The notes beneath the pieces are model-generated. The model had not been told where the DNA came from, ran no database searches, and saw only the letters and a program-made list of their open reading frames with translations. The translations under genes and the position numbers were made by a program. Shown piece after piece: positions 13,301 through 26,250 of a stretch of 64,000 bases of DNA. This stretch comes from Azolla caroliniana (lineage: Eukaryota; Plantae; Polypodiophyta), in contig JBHGNT010000018.1 of the NCBI GenBank assembly GCA_043228905.1, forward strand, positions 5,828,001 to 5,892,000, written 5' to 3'. Each line of letters begins with the position of its first letter. Position 1 is the stretch's first letter.

Positions 13301-14513
13301 CGTGAGGTATTGGAGGTGAAGGCAGGTACCACAAAGCGGATTCGTCGAACACGACATCTCGACTTATGCGTACTTCCTTTGTTCGGGGCTTATAACATTT
13401 ATACCCCTTCTACTTGTTTGGATAGCCGACTAAGATGCACTTGTCGGCTTTGGCGTCCAACTTCCTCCTCTTTTCCTTTGGCACATGCACATACGCAATG
13501 CTACCGAAAATCCTCAAGTGTGCCAAGTTCAGCTTCTTTCCGAAATACAATTCATGTGGTGACACTCCTCCATTAGCAGAAGTCCTATTTTGCAAGTAGA
13601 CAGCCGTCCTCACGGCTTCGGCCCAATAAAATTTCGGCATATGCTTCTCTTCAAGCATTGCCTTGGCCGCTTCTTCGATTGTCTGATTATTCCACTCGGC
13701 CCCGCGGTTTTGCTGCGGCATGTATCTACACGAGAATTCGTGTCGAATTCCCTCCTTCTGTAGATAACTTGTGAACTAGTCGGAGAAGTACTCCTTCCCG
13801 CCATCGGACTGTAGGCATTTGATCTTCGCTCTTCACCTTTAGGAAACATGCGAAGACTTTGCTCTTCTTTGCAATCGTGCATACCCATGTGTGCCGAATG
13901 AAGTCATCAATGATGGTTACAAAGTAATGGCTTCCACCGAGACTCACGTTATGTGCCAGTCCCCACACATCCGAATGGATCAAATCCAGCGGACTTCAAC
14001 TACGATTACGCTCATTGGGGAATGGAAATCAGTGTTGTTTTCCCATTTGACAGGCTTCGTAGACTTGGCCTTTACGGCCCCGAAATTTTGGCAAGCTGAA
14101 AACAATGTTCTTTGTCTGCATCTCATGAAGCTGTGGGAAATTTACATGGTCGAACTGCTTGTGCCACAGGTCGATATTCGATTCGACCTTTTGTCCTTTC
14201 GCGTACAACACGGTTGCGACTTGATTAGTGTCGAGGATAAACATCCTCCCTTCACGACGCCCTTGCGCGATTACTTTGCCTTCCTCTTCTATGAAGCAAC
14301 CATGATGCGTGAATCAAACCTGCATTCCTTGGTCGACGATTTGACCGACCGACACCAGGTTCTTCGTTATTGTCAGGACGTGCAACACGTTCATGAGTTT
14401 CCCTTTGTACCCGACGTGGCTGAGGGGAACTTCACCGACATGTTCGATGGTATGTGGAGTGTCGTCTCCCGTTTCGACCACTCCTTGCGATTCCGGTTTC
14501 TCCAAGTACAAGA

Positions 14514-15246
14514 TGACGAGAACTGATCGTTCCTTATGCGCAACGCTCGGCCACAACCGAGATTCTTTTCATACACAGAAAATAGGAAACGAAAACACAA
14601 CACAAAGGAGAGGAAGATACACAAGAGGTTTACGTGGAAAACCCAAAGAGGGAAAAACCACGGCAGCTCACAGGTTGCAAACTGTCACTATGTGAGAATG
14701 TACAACAGTGAGTACACTGAGGCAACGACCTTGTGCTCACAGATCTTCGCCACACGCGGCGGTTACAACAGAGGCAACGACCTCTTTCTCTCTCTCTCTC
14801 TCTGTACACTATTACGTGCTCTCTCTTCTTCTTGCACCAACAAGGAAGAATGACAACAACAACATATTAGTTTGCCCTAAGTCATATTTATACTAATATG
14901 ACTTTTCGGCTATTTACAAATATAGCCACAATGGGCTCTCAGAAACATATTTACGAATATGTCTCTTCCTCCGGTTCATACCGGGTCTGCACCATCCGGC
15001 TCTCCGTAGCCGGGTACTCCTCATCCGGTTCATACCGGGCCTGCACCATCCGGCTCTCCGTAGCCGGGTACTCCTCATCCGGTTCATACCGGGCCTGCAC
15101 CATCCGGCTCTCCGTAGCCGGGTACTCCTCATCCGGTTCATACCGGGCCTGCACCATCCGGCTCTCCGTAGCCGGGGTCCTCATACGGTTTCGGCCGAGG
15201 TCACTGATCTTCTCCCTTCCCATCCGGAGGGACCTGTCTCCCAACA
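14514..15246 (-). mobile_element. Solo LTR of copia family B inserted in the A2 protease region
   Basis: TG..CA termini, perfect TSD CAAGA (14509-14513/15247-15251), homologous to LTRs at 27078, 29798 and 30959. Confidence 0.93.
14968..15184. repeat. 54-bp tandem repeat, about 4 copies, inside the solo LTR
   Basis: Unit CCGGTTCATACCGGGCCTGCACCATCCGGCTCTCCGTAGCCGGGTACTCCTCAT; 18-aa periodicity in all frames. Confidence 0.95.
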
Positions 15247-16828
15247 CAAGAACCATTCCTTGTGACTCGTCATATAATTTGACCTCTGGAATCAACATAC
15301 CACACCTCGTTTGATTTCGAGGTGTTCACGGCCATAGAATTGCCCTTATTCTTCATTATGAATGCTGGGCCCGATTTGTTTTTGGCTCGTTCAGAGCCTT
15401 CTGCGTAGTGCGATCTTTGACGCCTCTTTGTGTCTCTTCGGCTTGATCCGGCTTTGTCTGAATCGGCTCTCTTTTTCCAGCACTCGCTCTCCTTGTGGCC
15501 TTTCTTGCCACAGTACCAGTATTCCGACGCAACCTTCTCTTGCCGGCTTCTGGCGCCGCCATGAATCCCCTTGCTTGTGGAGCGTCCGGAACTGTTGTCA
15601 GCATTCGATTATGCCGCTTGTTCTGCTCTTGTCAGCCACCTCCATTGTGCGCTGATTTGCCTCGTCCACCACGACCACGGGGTCTATCTTCCTCCGTGTA
15701 CAACATCTTGTCGTCGGCGTACGTACTTGTCGACGCATTCCCGTGATTTTCCTCCACGAGCAACATTGACTGAAGCTCGAAGAACGAAGGCGTATTCTCC
15801 CTCGTACAGACTGCCGTTCGGAAGGCTCCAAACCTGGACGCTAGCCCACGAAGGCAAACCTGCACCATTTCATCTTCGTCAATGTTCACGTTGACGGAGG
15901 TGAGAGAAACACAGATTTCCTTGATTTGGGCCGTGTAATCAGCCACATACAGATCTTTCTACCAGACATTGTTGAGCTCTTGCCTGAGCTGCAACTTTCT
16001 TGCCGTTGTGCTGGCGGCGAAAATCCTTTTGAGATTCGCCCACGCGTCCTTCGGCGTCTTGGCATCCCGAATATAACTCAAAAGCTTATCGCTCACACAA
16101 GACGCGAAGCAGTGCAACCCTCTGTTTGCCGCTTGTTCCCAAGCCGGATAGTCGTTGTGTGTTGAGTCGGGTGCCACATCGTTTGCTCCTTCGACATAAC
16201 TCTAGTAGACATGGCTGAGTAGGTACTGGTGCATCTTGTAAGACCAAGATGCGTAGTTGCTTCTGTCAAGCTTTTCAGTCGGAAGTGAGCTTCCCATTCC
16301 TCTATCCATAGTACTGTCCTTTTCTTCTCCGAAAGCGAACAACTTTGTTTCGTCACAAACTTTTCTTGTCGGCTGTAGAGGACTTCAACCCTCGCGCTCT
16401 GATACCATGTAAAAGAATACGTGTGCGGAAGCGTGAGTGTAAACATATAGTACACAGTTTGGAAATGAGACAGTTCGGTAAGCGCAGAAAACACAGAGAT
16501 GGAGATGGAGATGGAGAAATAGAGAGAGAGCAGACAACTCAGTTCTATTTCAAAAATAATGACTATCTGTACATTCTTCGTGCTCAGTGACCACGTTTTA
16601 TACAAGCCCTGACTATCGGGTTGACACAAGTACTAACAATACTTGACTGCTCATAAATGAGCCTACTACACTAACTCCCAATATTATTCCTTACGAGGAA
16701 TACCATACTAACGGCCTTTTGGTTTACGCACCGATACGGCCAAGTTGTGCTTACTAACTTACGCGTCCAGTCTACGCACTGGGTTACGCGCCGTATTACG
16801 CACCCAATGTTGAGCTTGATACTCAACA

Positions 16829-18030
16829 CAAACCATCAAGAACTTTTTGGATGAAGAATGAATAGTCAGACTTTGAGGCCGCAAAACCCATCTTTTTGGA
16901 TTTTGTTTCTGAAGATATGACTTCATTCTATCCGGAGTTAGAATCACTCCGATCTCACTCTTTGCTGTTGGTGTCATATTTTGGCATCTTTTTCTTCCCC
17001 TTCTCTTTGCGCGTGAACCGTCTCCTTAGTTTCTTGCATGGGGAGAGCACGACAGAGTCTCCACTACTCGTTGGTTCTTCATCTGACTAGTCATTCCGAC
17101 ACAGCCACTCATTCAGCCCAGTTAGCCGGAATGAGATCAGACTCTCATCTAGAGTACCGAATCCTTCTTCATCTTCTACCTGAACTTCTCTAGGTTCACT
17201 GGTCTCATCGTCTAGAATCGGGTCTTCGTTGGGAGTTGGAGTCGGGAGAGAGTACCATGATGCCGACTCATTAAACTCGACATCTCAACTTACTTGGACC
17301 TGATTAGTCCGAGGGTTATAACACTTATACCCCTTCTATTCATGCGAGTAACCGACGAGTATGCACTTCTTCGACTTCGGATCCACGTTCGTCCGTTTCT
17401 CATTCGGAACATGCACATATGCTATGCTACCGAATATCCGAAAGTGTCTCAAATTCGGTTTCCGGCCGAAATACAGCTCATGTGCTAAGACCTTGTCTTC
17501 GATCTTGTTTTGAATGTAGACGGCCGTCCGGACCGCCTCAGACTAGTAGAACTTGGGCATGCTCTTCTCCTCCAACATCGCCCTTGCCACGTCGACAATC
17601 GACCAGTTCTTCCTTTCGGCCACACCATTTTGTTTCGGTGTGTATCGACAACTGAATTTTCTTCGAATTCCATTCTTCTGCAGATAGCTGTTGAATTGGC
17701 CGGAAAAATATTCTTTTCCACCATCCGACCGCAAGCACTTAATCTTTCTCTCTGTTTCCCGTTCAACTAAGATTTGACGGTTCCGAAAACATTCGAAAAC
17801 TTCGCTTTTCCTTTCGATGAGGTAGATCCAAGTGTGCCGGCTATAGTCGTCGATAAAGGAGACGACGTACTGACTCCCGCCAAGACTAACGTTCTGTGCT
17901 AGTCTCCATACATCCGAATGGATTAAGTCGAGCTTTTTATGCCTCTGTTTTCGTTCGGTGGCGAATGGAAGCCGGTGTTGCTTCCCGAGTTGGCATGCTT
18001 CCCATATTTGGGCCTTGCGGCCACTAAATG
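16829..18030 (-). pseudogene. pol: Copia integrase remnant plus a short RT piece (host A1; internal deletion near 16897)
   Basis: CQLGKQHRLPF..LIHSDVW..FIDDYSR..RSDGGKEY..TPKQNGVAER. Confidence 0.9.
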
Positions 18031-20479
18031 TCAATAAAAACACCGTAAATCGGGTTTCGGTATTCCGAAAGCTAGTGAGACTCCGGTACGAGGACGGATC
18101 CAGCATGGCAGAGCACATGAACGCATTTAAGGGGCTCATAAACCAAACAACTTCGCTTGAAGTACCCCTGGACAATGAGGTACTTGCATTCCGCCTACTC
18201 GGTTCCCTCCTGGATAGTTGGGAGACACTTTTTGTCAGTTTGGGCAACACCGACCCGGAAGGAAAGCAGTTGTCCATAGCAAGGATAAAATCACGCTTGC
18301 TAGATAAAGAAGCTCGCCGGAAGGACTGAGAGTCTGGAACTGATCCAAAGGCCTTGGTCACGGAAGAGGCCAAAATCAGAGTCCCCAAAACCGGGACAAA
18401 TCGGGGACAAGGTCAAAGTCAAGGGGGAGGCCTACTTGCTTCTACTGTGGGAAGCCAGGGCACTTCTAGAAGAGCTGTTGGCATTTCCAGAAAGAGAAAG
18501 GGGCTGACACCACCGATCCGAAGAAGAGTTCGGATTGGAGAGGTCCGGATCGGAAAGGAACGTCAACGATCGCGACAAGTGAAGAGGAGAATGAGTTAAA
18601 CCTTGTCGGCGATGAGACAACATGGGTTGTCGATTCCGGAGCATCATTCCATCTGACACCGGACTGGAAATGCTTCTCATCCTACATAGCTAGAGATTAC
18701 GGTTGTGTCTGGATGAGGAATGAAGGTACATGCTGAATTGTTGGCATAGGAGATGTGTTGTTGACGACATCAACCGGATGCAAATTGCTACTGAAAGAAG
18801 TCTGACACGTTCCGGAGGTTCGGTTGAACCTGATATCAGTCGGTCGGCTAGATGATGAAGGCTACACGGGTAGCATCCGGAACGGAGTCATGAAATTCAG
18901 CAAAGAAAGCTTGATCGTGGCTTGAGCCTGGAAGATCAACACGCTGTATTTGATGCATGCCTGGATATGCCGGGAAGAAGTGAACGTAGCATCTGACAAT
19001 GCCGGTGAGCCGTCGCACAAGAGGTTGTGTCACATGAGTCAGAAGGGGATGAAGAGACTTGCTGAAGACAATCTCATTCCATAGAAGGACATGCAACTTG
19101 AGAAGTGCACCGATTGCTTGGCCGGCAAGCAAAACCGAACCTCCTTCCGGTCAAGACCACCGAAGAGACGCAATGTACCACTGGAGCTAGTGCATACCGA
19201 TGTGTGTTAAGTGGACATGAAGTCACATGCCGGATTGCAGTACTTCGTGATAGTCATAGACGACCACAACTGGAAGCTGTGGGTCTCCCCGCAGAAGACA
19301 AAGGATCAAGTGCTATCCGTCTTCAAGGAGCTCCACGCGAGAGTGGAAAGAGAAACAAAGGAGAATACCGGGAGCAATTCGAGGAGTATTGCCGGTCGAA
19401 GGGAATCTGGCTTGAATTTACAGTGCCGAAGACGCTAGAATTGAACAGGTTGGCTAAACGCATGAACCGGACCATAATGGAGAGAGTCTGAAGCATGCTG
19501 GCACATGCCAAGTGTTGTTAGGGTGGGGGGTGAAGCCTAGAATGCCTTCACCCCCCTCCCAAGGGGGTTAAGTTCGAGAGAGAGCTAGAGAGAAAGACAA
19601 ATACAAAATGACACCAAAATGAGAGGGAAAAAGTTATATTCATTACATACCCCGTAGGGGGTTTATATAATACATGACCGTTATAAATAAGACTGTTACA
19701 CATTCTTGTACTCATGCACATAATTGTGCATATGTCCATACACATACTCATCCTCACACACTCATTTACTTTACACATACACATCAACCACATCATTACA
19801 CCTACCCTTATGCCTCCCCGTATATTCTTACGGGTAACACATGGCACGCTTGTGGGACACCTGTGGGACAGTGCATTGCACGGTGAACCCACTCGCCATG
19901 GAACTCGTCTCGACCGGAATTCCATCGGTCGTCTCAACGGTTGGAAATCCCTCGACCGGATCACTGCTCTACGATCGATAACTTTGATCAGAGCTTTGAT
20001 TGACTCGAACCATTGGCTTTTCTTGGACAGAAGTTGGATCTGAAGCTAAATTTTTTTTTTCCTAAGTTATCCATTACATTTTTTGAAATGTTAGCACGAA
20101 TCAATGAAGTCATCAATTCTGTTGCTGACTTGTAAAAAAAGCCAGATGCCGACGGAGAAGCCTAGGATATGAATAGACACAGAACTAAAACTTTTTCTTT
20201 GTTTGGGGATGATTTTAGGAGTCTTGCCTAGCACTAGCGGGAAAAACTAGCTCCTTCTGCATATTCTACATATCTAGAAAGCCGTATGCCTCGAAAGAGG
20301 CTTGTACGGTTTGGGAAGGATCATACACCAATCAGCTAGGTCAATGTGGCATGGGTCGTGAAATCATGTTGTGTGTTTGTGTATTCTTTTTTTCAGTATG
20401 TGATGTGAGTTTTATATTTTTTACTTTTGGTCTTTAAAATTTTGCAATCGAGTTTTTTTTTGTTTTTAAAAAAAATAAA

Positions 20480-20655
20480 TTATTTTATGCCCTTGAGTTT
20501 TCGAAATTTCATATCATACCCTTAGAGTTTTTACAATTTTATTTTTGCACTCCGGTTCCTAAAATTGTGATAGTGCCCTTATGTTTCTAAAATTCTCTTC
20601 TCTGCCCCTTTCTGAAATTTTGCGATCTGCCCTCACGTTTTTTGAATGCCCCTCT
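20480..20655. repeat. Degenerate ~30-bp tandem repeats (..TGCCCT..TT..AAATT..) in the element's internal region
   Basis: Five or six recurrences of a GCCCT-like core plus AAATT at roughly 30-bp spacing. Confidence 0.55.
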
Positions 20656-20807
20656 CTTCTTGCTTCAATTCTTCAATTCGTATTCCAGCCTTTCACTTCT
20701 GGCGGATTGCTGCAAAGGTAGCGGCGCCGACGACGATTGATCTCTTTAGATAACTCAGTTGCAAGTCTCGGCCATATTGTCGGCCTTGCTCTCTGTCTGG
20801 TTGTCGG

Positions 20808-22014
20808 TTATTGTGCATTGCTAAATGTTATGTTACTGAGAGAGCCAACACCAGCTCCAATTGAAGGAGCTGGCCTCCTCATTGTATGTTTCAATGTCGC
20901 TGGCCTTTGAGCATTACTGGTTGAAACAGAAAGTCCTTTGCTGCCAACAGAAGTTGAAGTGGACAAATACATCCTCCTACCATCAGATGTTACAGCTACC
21001 AAATGCAAGTTTGTAGACTAGGCCGGAGACATATCGAGACTATTGGAGACTTGTGAGCACGAGATGCAGATCTCCTTCCAGAGCTTCCATCCCTATGCTC
21101 ACCCACAAATTCCTTTCTTCAGCAACCTTTTTAGGTGCACTATCTCCCGCTTCCCCAAGATCAAACCCTTGGATCTTGGACTCATGAGTGCGCGAATAAA
21201 GGATGTTTCTTTCATCATCGATCACCATCTCCACCACTAGCTCTACAGTACTGAACGTGAAAGCATTCGGTATAACCCACCTTGACGAAAGGCTGCCAAG
21301 ATCACCAGTATGACATACTTTGCGACACCGGCTTTTCCAGCTTGGTCCTGAACTATAAAGCAATTCATATATATGACCATCTCGACCTGCGAGGAAAATG
21401 TGTCCTTTATCTTTGCTTTGTAAGCAAGTCATTGTAACCCCATATGAAGGAACAGTGTACTCATGTAGTGGTTGCATTGATAACTCAACATACGGATCAG
21501 AACCATCACCATTTGAAGAGCAGCATACACCAAGAAACACAATCTCTATAGGTGTAGCAAAGATCATCATGTGGCGAATGGCTTCAACAAATATCCTAGG
21601 TTTGGCCATTGAAAGACCAACTGCGCATAGAGCTTGTCGCTCGCCATTGTATTGTGGACATTGCCCATCCCATTTATCAAATCTCCATAGGAATAAGCTG
21701 TTGTTAGCAGTTGCCCAAGTATGACGTATGCTTGGGAAAATACTCCATAATGAAGTTCCTTGCCCTCCTGCTGAATTGTATCTTTCTATCAGCACTAGAG
21801 GGAGCTCTCTGTTACTTGCCACGTCAATGATCGATGGCCACTCTTTAGGAGGTGAAGCGTAAGGAGTACTGGAGTTCTCTGCTTCTGCTTTCTTCTGTTT
21901 TAGTTCTCCTTCTTGCTCCCCGACTCTAGCCTGTTTCTTCTTCCCTCGTCTACCTTTTGTGTTCAGTTTTAGCTCTCCTTTCTTCCTCGGAGGCTTGGCC
22001 GACTGCCAAGCCAT
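20808..22014 (-). pseudogene. NUP155: Processed (intronless) copy of the nucleoporin NUP155 N-terminal region, fused to a Lys-rich leader
   Basis: PKEWP..ELPLVLIERYNSAGGQGT..NSLFLWRFDKWDGQCP..GRDGHIYELLY..RCRKVC..RWVIPN..KKVAEERNL, then (new frame) HLVAVTSDGRRMYLSTS, match plant NUP155 as recalled. Homology runs ~21873 to ~20830 without introns and is truncated at both ends. Confidence 0.92.
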
Positions 22015-25000
22015 GGATCTGGGATTGTGTGCGAAAGCAGCTATGGATGCCACCATATACAAAGATGGGCACATTACTGTCGAAGAGATGGTGAGGAGGC
22101 ATGACGAGGTTACATGAGAAGCTCGATCTAGAAAGAAGAAGAATGACAGATCACAACACACAAGAGATAAGGGGAAGAGCAAAAAGATACTCATGTTACT
22201 AAATCTGTAGATCCCAATCCCATACCAAGAACCTTTCCTAACAACAAATCACCATTGGGAGAGTCTAAGCGCAAAGCCACACTCTCTAACACAAACACTA
22301 ACTCACACATAGTGATGGAGAGGGAGAGCAAGGCATGGAGACATGACTTCTTCTCAAGGGAGGTCGGCCGTTCATGCGTGCCAAAAGTGTTGTTGAGGTG
22401 GGGGGTGAAGCCATTCTAAAGGGGGGTTAAGTTCGAGAGAGAGCTAGGGAGAAAGACAAATACAAAATGACACCAAAATGAGAGGGAAAAAGTTATATTC
22501 ATTACATACCCCGTAGGGGGTTTATATAATACATCCAATGTAACGATTACATGACCGTTATAAATAAGACCGTTACACATTCTTGTACTCATGCACATAA
22601 TTGTGCACGTGTCCATACACATACTCATCCTCACACACTCATTTACTTTACACATACACATCAACCACATCATTACACCTACCCTTATGCCTCCCCGTAT
22701 ATTCTTACGATTAACACCAAGTTACCCAAGACGTTTTGGGTTGAGGCGTTGATGACGGCGACTTGTGTGTTAAACAGATCACCCTCAGCACCCTTGGAAG
22801 GAGACTCACCGCTGAAAATATGGACCGGTAAAGATGTATCTTGCCGGCATTTGAAGGTGTTTGGCTGTCTCACATATGTGCATGTCGCAAAGAACAAGAG
22901 AGCAAAGCTAGATCCGAAGTCCAGGCCATGTATATTCCTTGGATACGACGATGATGAGTTCGGGCACCGGGTGTAGGATCTGGTTGACAAGAAGGTGTTT
23001 CGGAGTTGGGACATAGTCTTCATGGAAGACAAGACCATTGCTGACTAGGAGTTGGAGAAGAACATGATGGACTCCAGATGGATCGACGGAGACCGGTTTG
23101 AGGACACAAGGATTTACCCGGTTGGAAATTGGATGTTAGCTAGTAACCGGATGACACTCTACGAAACGGCCGAATTCGGACAAGAAACTGAACCGACCGA
23201 AGAAGAAGAAGATGAAATCGGAATCGAAGAAGATCCCGAATCGTATTTGGATTCGTAAACAGACGGAGGAACCAGTTGCCGAAAACCAAGGTCGGAGACA
23301 TCCTCTCCGAGAGAGAAGAGCCCCCCCGGAGATTCCCGAATACAGAGCATGTGTTGGTGACTGATGAGGGGGAGCTGGAAAGCTTTGAAGAATCAAAGAA
23401 AGACACCCACAACCGCAAGTGGTTAAGTGTCATGCAGGACGAAATGGATTCCCTTCATGAGAAGCACACATAATAATTGATGGAGCTGCCGAAAGGAAAG
23501 AGAGCACTCCAGAATAAGTGGGTTTACAAGTTGAAACCGAGAGACGTTAGAAATCCATTGAGGTACAAAGCCCAGATCGTGGTGAAGGGTTTCTAGAAGA
23601 AGAAAGGTGTGGATTTCGATGAGATCTTTGCCCCGGTAGTAAAGATGACAACCATCCAAACGGTATTGGGCATATTGCCAAGCATGGACCTCGAGTTAGA
23701 GCAACTGGACGTCAAGACGACCTCGAAGAAGAGATCTACATGCATCAACCGGAAGGATTTGAGAAGAAAGGGAAGGAGCACTTGGTGTGCTGGCTGAAGA
23801 AGAGCTTATACGGATTAAAGCAAGCCCCCTAACAATTGTACCGGAAGTTTGACTCCTTCATGACTGATCAAGGGTACCACAAAATGCAACCCGATCACTA
23901 CGTGTTTGTGAAGAAATTCGACGGAGGCGATTTCCTGATTCTCCTTCTGTATGTGGATGACATGTTGATCGCTGGACCGGACCGAACCAAAATCGGGATG
24001 CTGAAGAAGGCCTTGAACCGAACCTTCTCCATGAAAGATTTGGGTCTCGCAAGACAAATCTTAGGGATGCACATCATCCGGGACCAGAAGAAGAAGCTAT
24101 TGTGGTTGTCACAAGAAAAGTACGTGACAAAGGTGTTTTAGTGGTTCAACATGTCTGATGCAAAACCGGTCGGATCGACAGTCTCGGAAAACTGCAAGCT
24201 ATCCGGAAAGCAAAGCCCTAAGACAAAGGCAGAGAAGACGGATATGATGAAGATACCATATGCCTCCGTCGTCGGGAGCTTGATGTACACAATGGTGTGT
24301 ACCCGGCCGGATATCGGATATGCAGTCGGAGTGGTGAGTTGGTTCATGATCAATCCCGGAAAAGAGCACTAGAACACGGTCAAATGGATACTCCAGTATT
24401 TGAAAGGCACCTCGAGTATGTGCCTCTGATTCAGCGATGGTAAACCCCAACTAGATAGATTCACGGATTCAGATATGTTATGACTTAGGCAGGGGGAGCC
24501 GTATCGTGGCAATCGAGGCTGCAAAAGTCCGTTGCACTATCAACAATGGAAGTGGAGTATATGGCAACTGTGGAAGCCGGCAAGGAAGTAATCTAGATGA
24601 AGGACTTCATACGAGAGCTAGGGATCCGACAGGAGGAATACTAACTCTACTGCGACAGTCAAAGTGCCATCCACCTTGCAAAGAATGCGGCCTACCATTC
24701 CTAGACCACGCGCATCCAGAGGAGATATTATTGGCTCTGGGAGAAGGTAGAAGATCAAGACTTCATGCTGACGAAGATCCACATGAAGGAGAACGGATCG
24801 GATATGCTGACCAAGTTGCTTTCAATTGACAAGTTGGACGTGTGCCAAAGACGGATAGGATTAAGGAGAAATCCCATGCTAGAGTGAAGGGGGAGTTTGT
24901 TGGGAATTCGGTCCCTCCGGATGAGAACCGGAGAAGCCGGATCAGACGAGCCGAATGAAGGAACTGGATCCGGAAGGGTTCTGGATGAGACCTGGACACC

Positions 25001-25932
25001 GGATCGAGTGAAACCGAATGGATCCGGTGCAAACCGGATTCAAGGACATATGTGTAAATAGTCGTTAACTCACTTGCTGATATGTGATTAGTGCTTAAAT
25101 CTCTTTCATTCTCCTAGACAAATAGAAATCAACAAATGCATTTATTAAACCCTCTTACAAGAGATTAGTGTCTTTGTATTAGAATGAAATTTGACAATGC
25201 ATTCTAGTATATTCCAGTATGGTTTATATAGATTTTACATTGTGGGTGTGGCCATTTCACACTTGACTGTCTATTGGCTTGCCCTTTCCTCTATTAGTTC
25301 TTTCTACTTCGCATTTGTGTTTCCTTTAATTGTTCAATATCCTTGTGATGCACTCTTCTTCATGACCAAAGCGTGATGCATTCCAATTGCTTCACAATGG
25401 AATAAAACTAATATGTTTTGACATTATACAACAAAAAATATTGAACAACACAAAATTTCTTAGATAATATCATGCAAATGGGTCAATAGGGTTTGTAGAC
25501 CCACATTCATGGGCCGTGGTAAAAAAATCAACAAAATCCTCCAAAATGAAAGTGACGAATGAAAGATGGCATGAAGAAAGAGATGATACATCGATAGAGA
25601 AGATAATGTAAGAGACAAAAACTAAGCGTTTGATTATATTAAAAAAACGTAGTTTGTTTATTTATATCCATCATAAAGCATTATATTGAAATGTTTCAAT
25701 TTGACATACAAAAACAGAATATACAATTATTGGGATTCTTGTACGCATCGATGCCATAAAAAAAAAACCACAAAGATACAAATGTATGATAACTAATACA
25801 ATGATGATGTTGCTTCATTCATCGTGGTGATTGAATGGAGATGCCATAAATTTTAGAACCATACAATTGAGAGTAGGAGTCAAATTGAATCACAACTTCA
25901 TTGCTCTCCATTATCATTGCATTGGCCGCACA

Positions 25933-26250
25933 TTATTGGAGAAGTGCAACTGATTCTTCAGCCAGACCTTGAGTTCCTATGGCATGTAGTTTGCGTGAAA
26001 TCTCATGAAGCTCATGCTCGACTTCCATCATAGATGGACGATCATTACCGATGAGTGCAAGGCAACGATGGGCAAGAGAAGCCACACCAAGAATTGAAGA
26101 TCTTATTCTCCAAGCTTGTTCGTGCGATATTGATGCACTATTGTCAAGTACTTCCAAACGAGGATCGATAATTTCCTCTAGATTCCCTTCTTTTATGTGA
26201 TGGATGAAAAGTAGAGCTAAGTCGAAGAAGATGGGATCGCGATGGTGAGT
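25933..26250 (-). pseudogene. C-terminal fragment of a receptor-like Ser/Thr kinase (WAK/LRK10L-like), with an AT-rich putative 3' flank to ~25061
   Basis: LALLFIHHIKEGNLEEIIDPRL..VASLAHRCLALIGNDRPSMMEVEHEL resembles RLK subdomains X-XI; the upstream part is replaced by copia sequence. Confidence 0.82.

Larger units (their letters stand above)
10366..16828 (-). mobile_element. Full-length Ty1/copia element 'A2' (LTRs 10366-10774 and 16408-16828)
   Basis: Matching LTRs; PBS (rc GCTCTGATACCA) at 16396-16407; PPT (rc) right after 10774; RT ORF 11867-12802, RH 11411-11860, INT, PR and gag pieces. TSD is degenerate (CGAAT/CAAAC) and the host RT reading joins across it. Confidence 0.93.
19513..22716 (-). 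mobile_element. Complete non-autonomous LTR element carrying a NUP155 retrocopy (LTRs 19513-19839 and 22388-22716)
   Basis: Near-identical ~330-bp TG..CA LTRs and perfect TSD CCAAG (19508-19512/22717-22721) splitting host integrase MLAHAK|LPKTFW. No gag or pol domain is recognisable. Strand is inferred by analogy with the element at 38095. Confidence 0.95.

Noticed and set aside
14968-15184. CRISPR-like array or repeat-protein ORFs
   Set aside because: The units are head-to-tail with no unique spacers and lie inside a plant LTR; the ORFs result from the 54-bp period.
17543-18388. 281-aa novel integrase fusion ORF
   Set aside because: Chance read-through across the junction between antisense B1 gag and the A1 integrase.
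19548-20043. His/Thr- or Met/Cys-rich ORFs (also 2378-2593 and 22416-22976)
   Set aside because: These are translations of CA/TG-rich LTR low-complexity sequence.
20808-22194. Functional host NUP155 gene
   Set aside because: It covers only the N-terminal part, has no introns, contains a frameshift and is enclosed by LTRs with a TSD.
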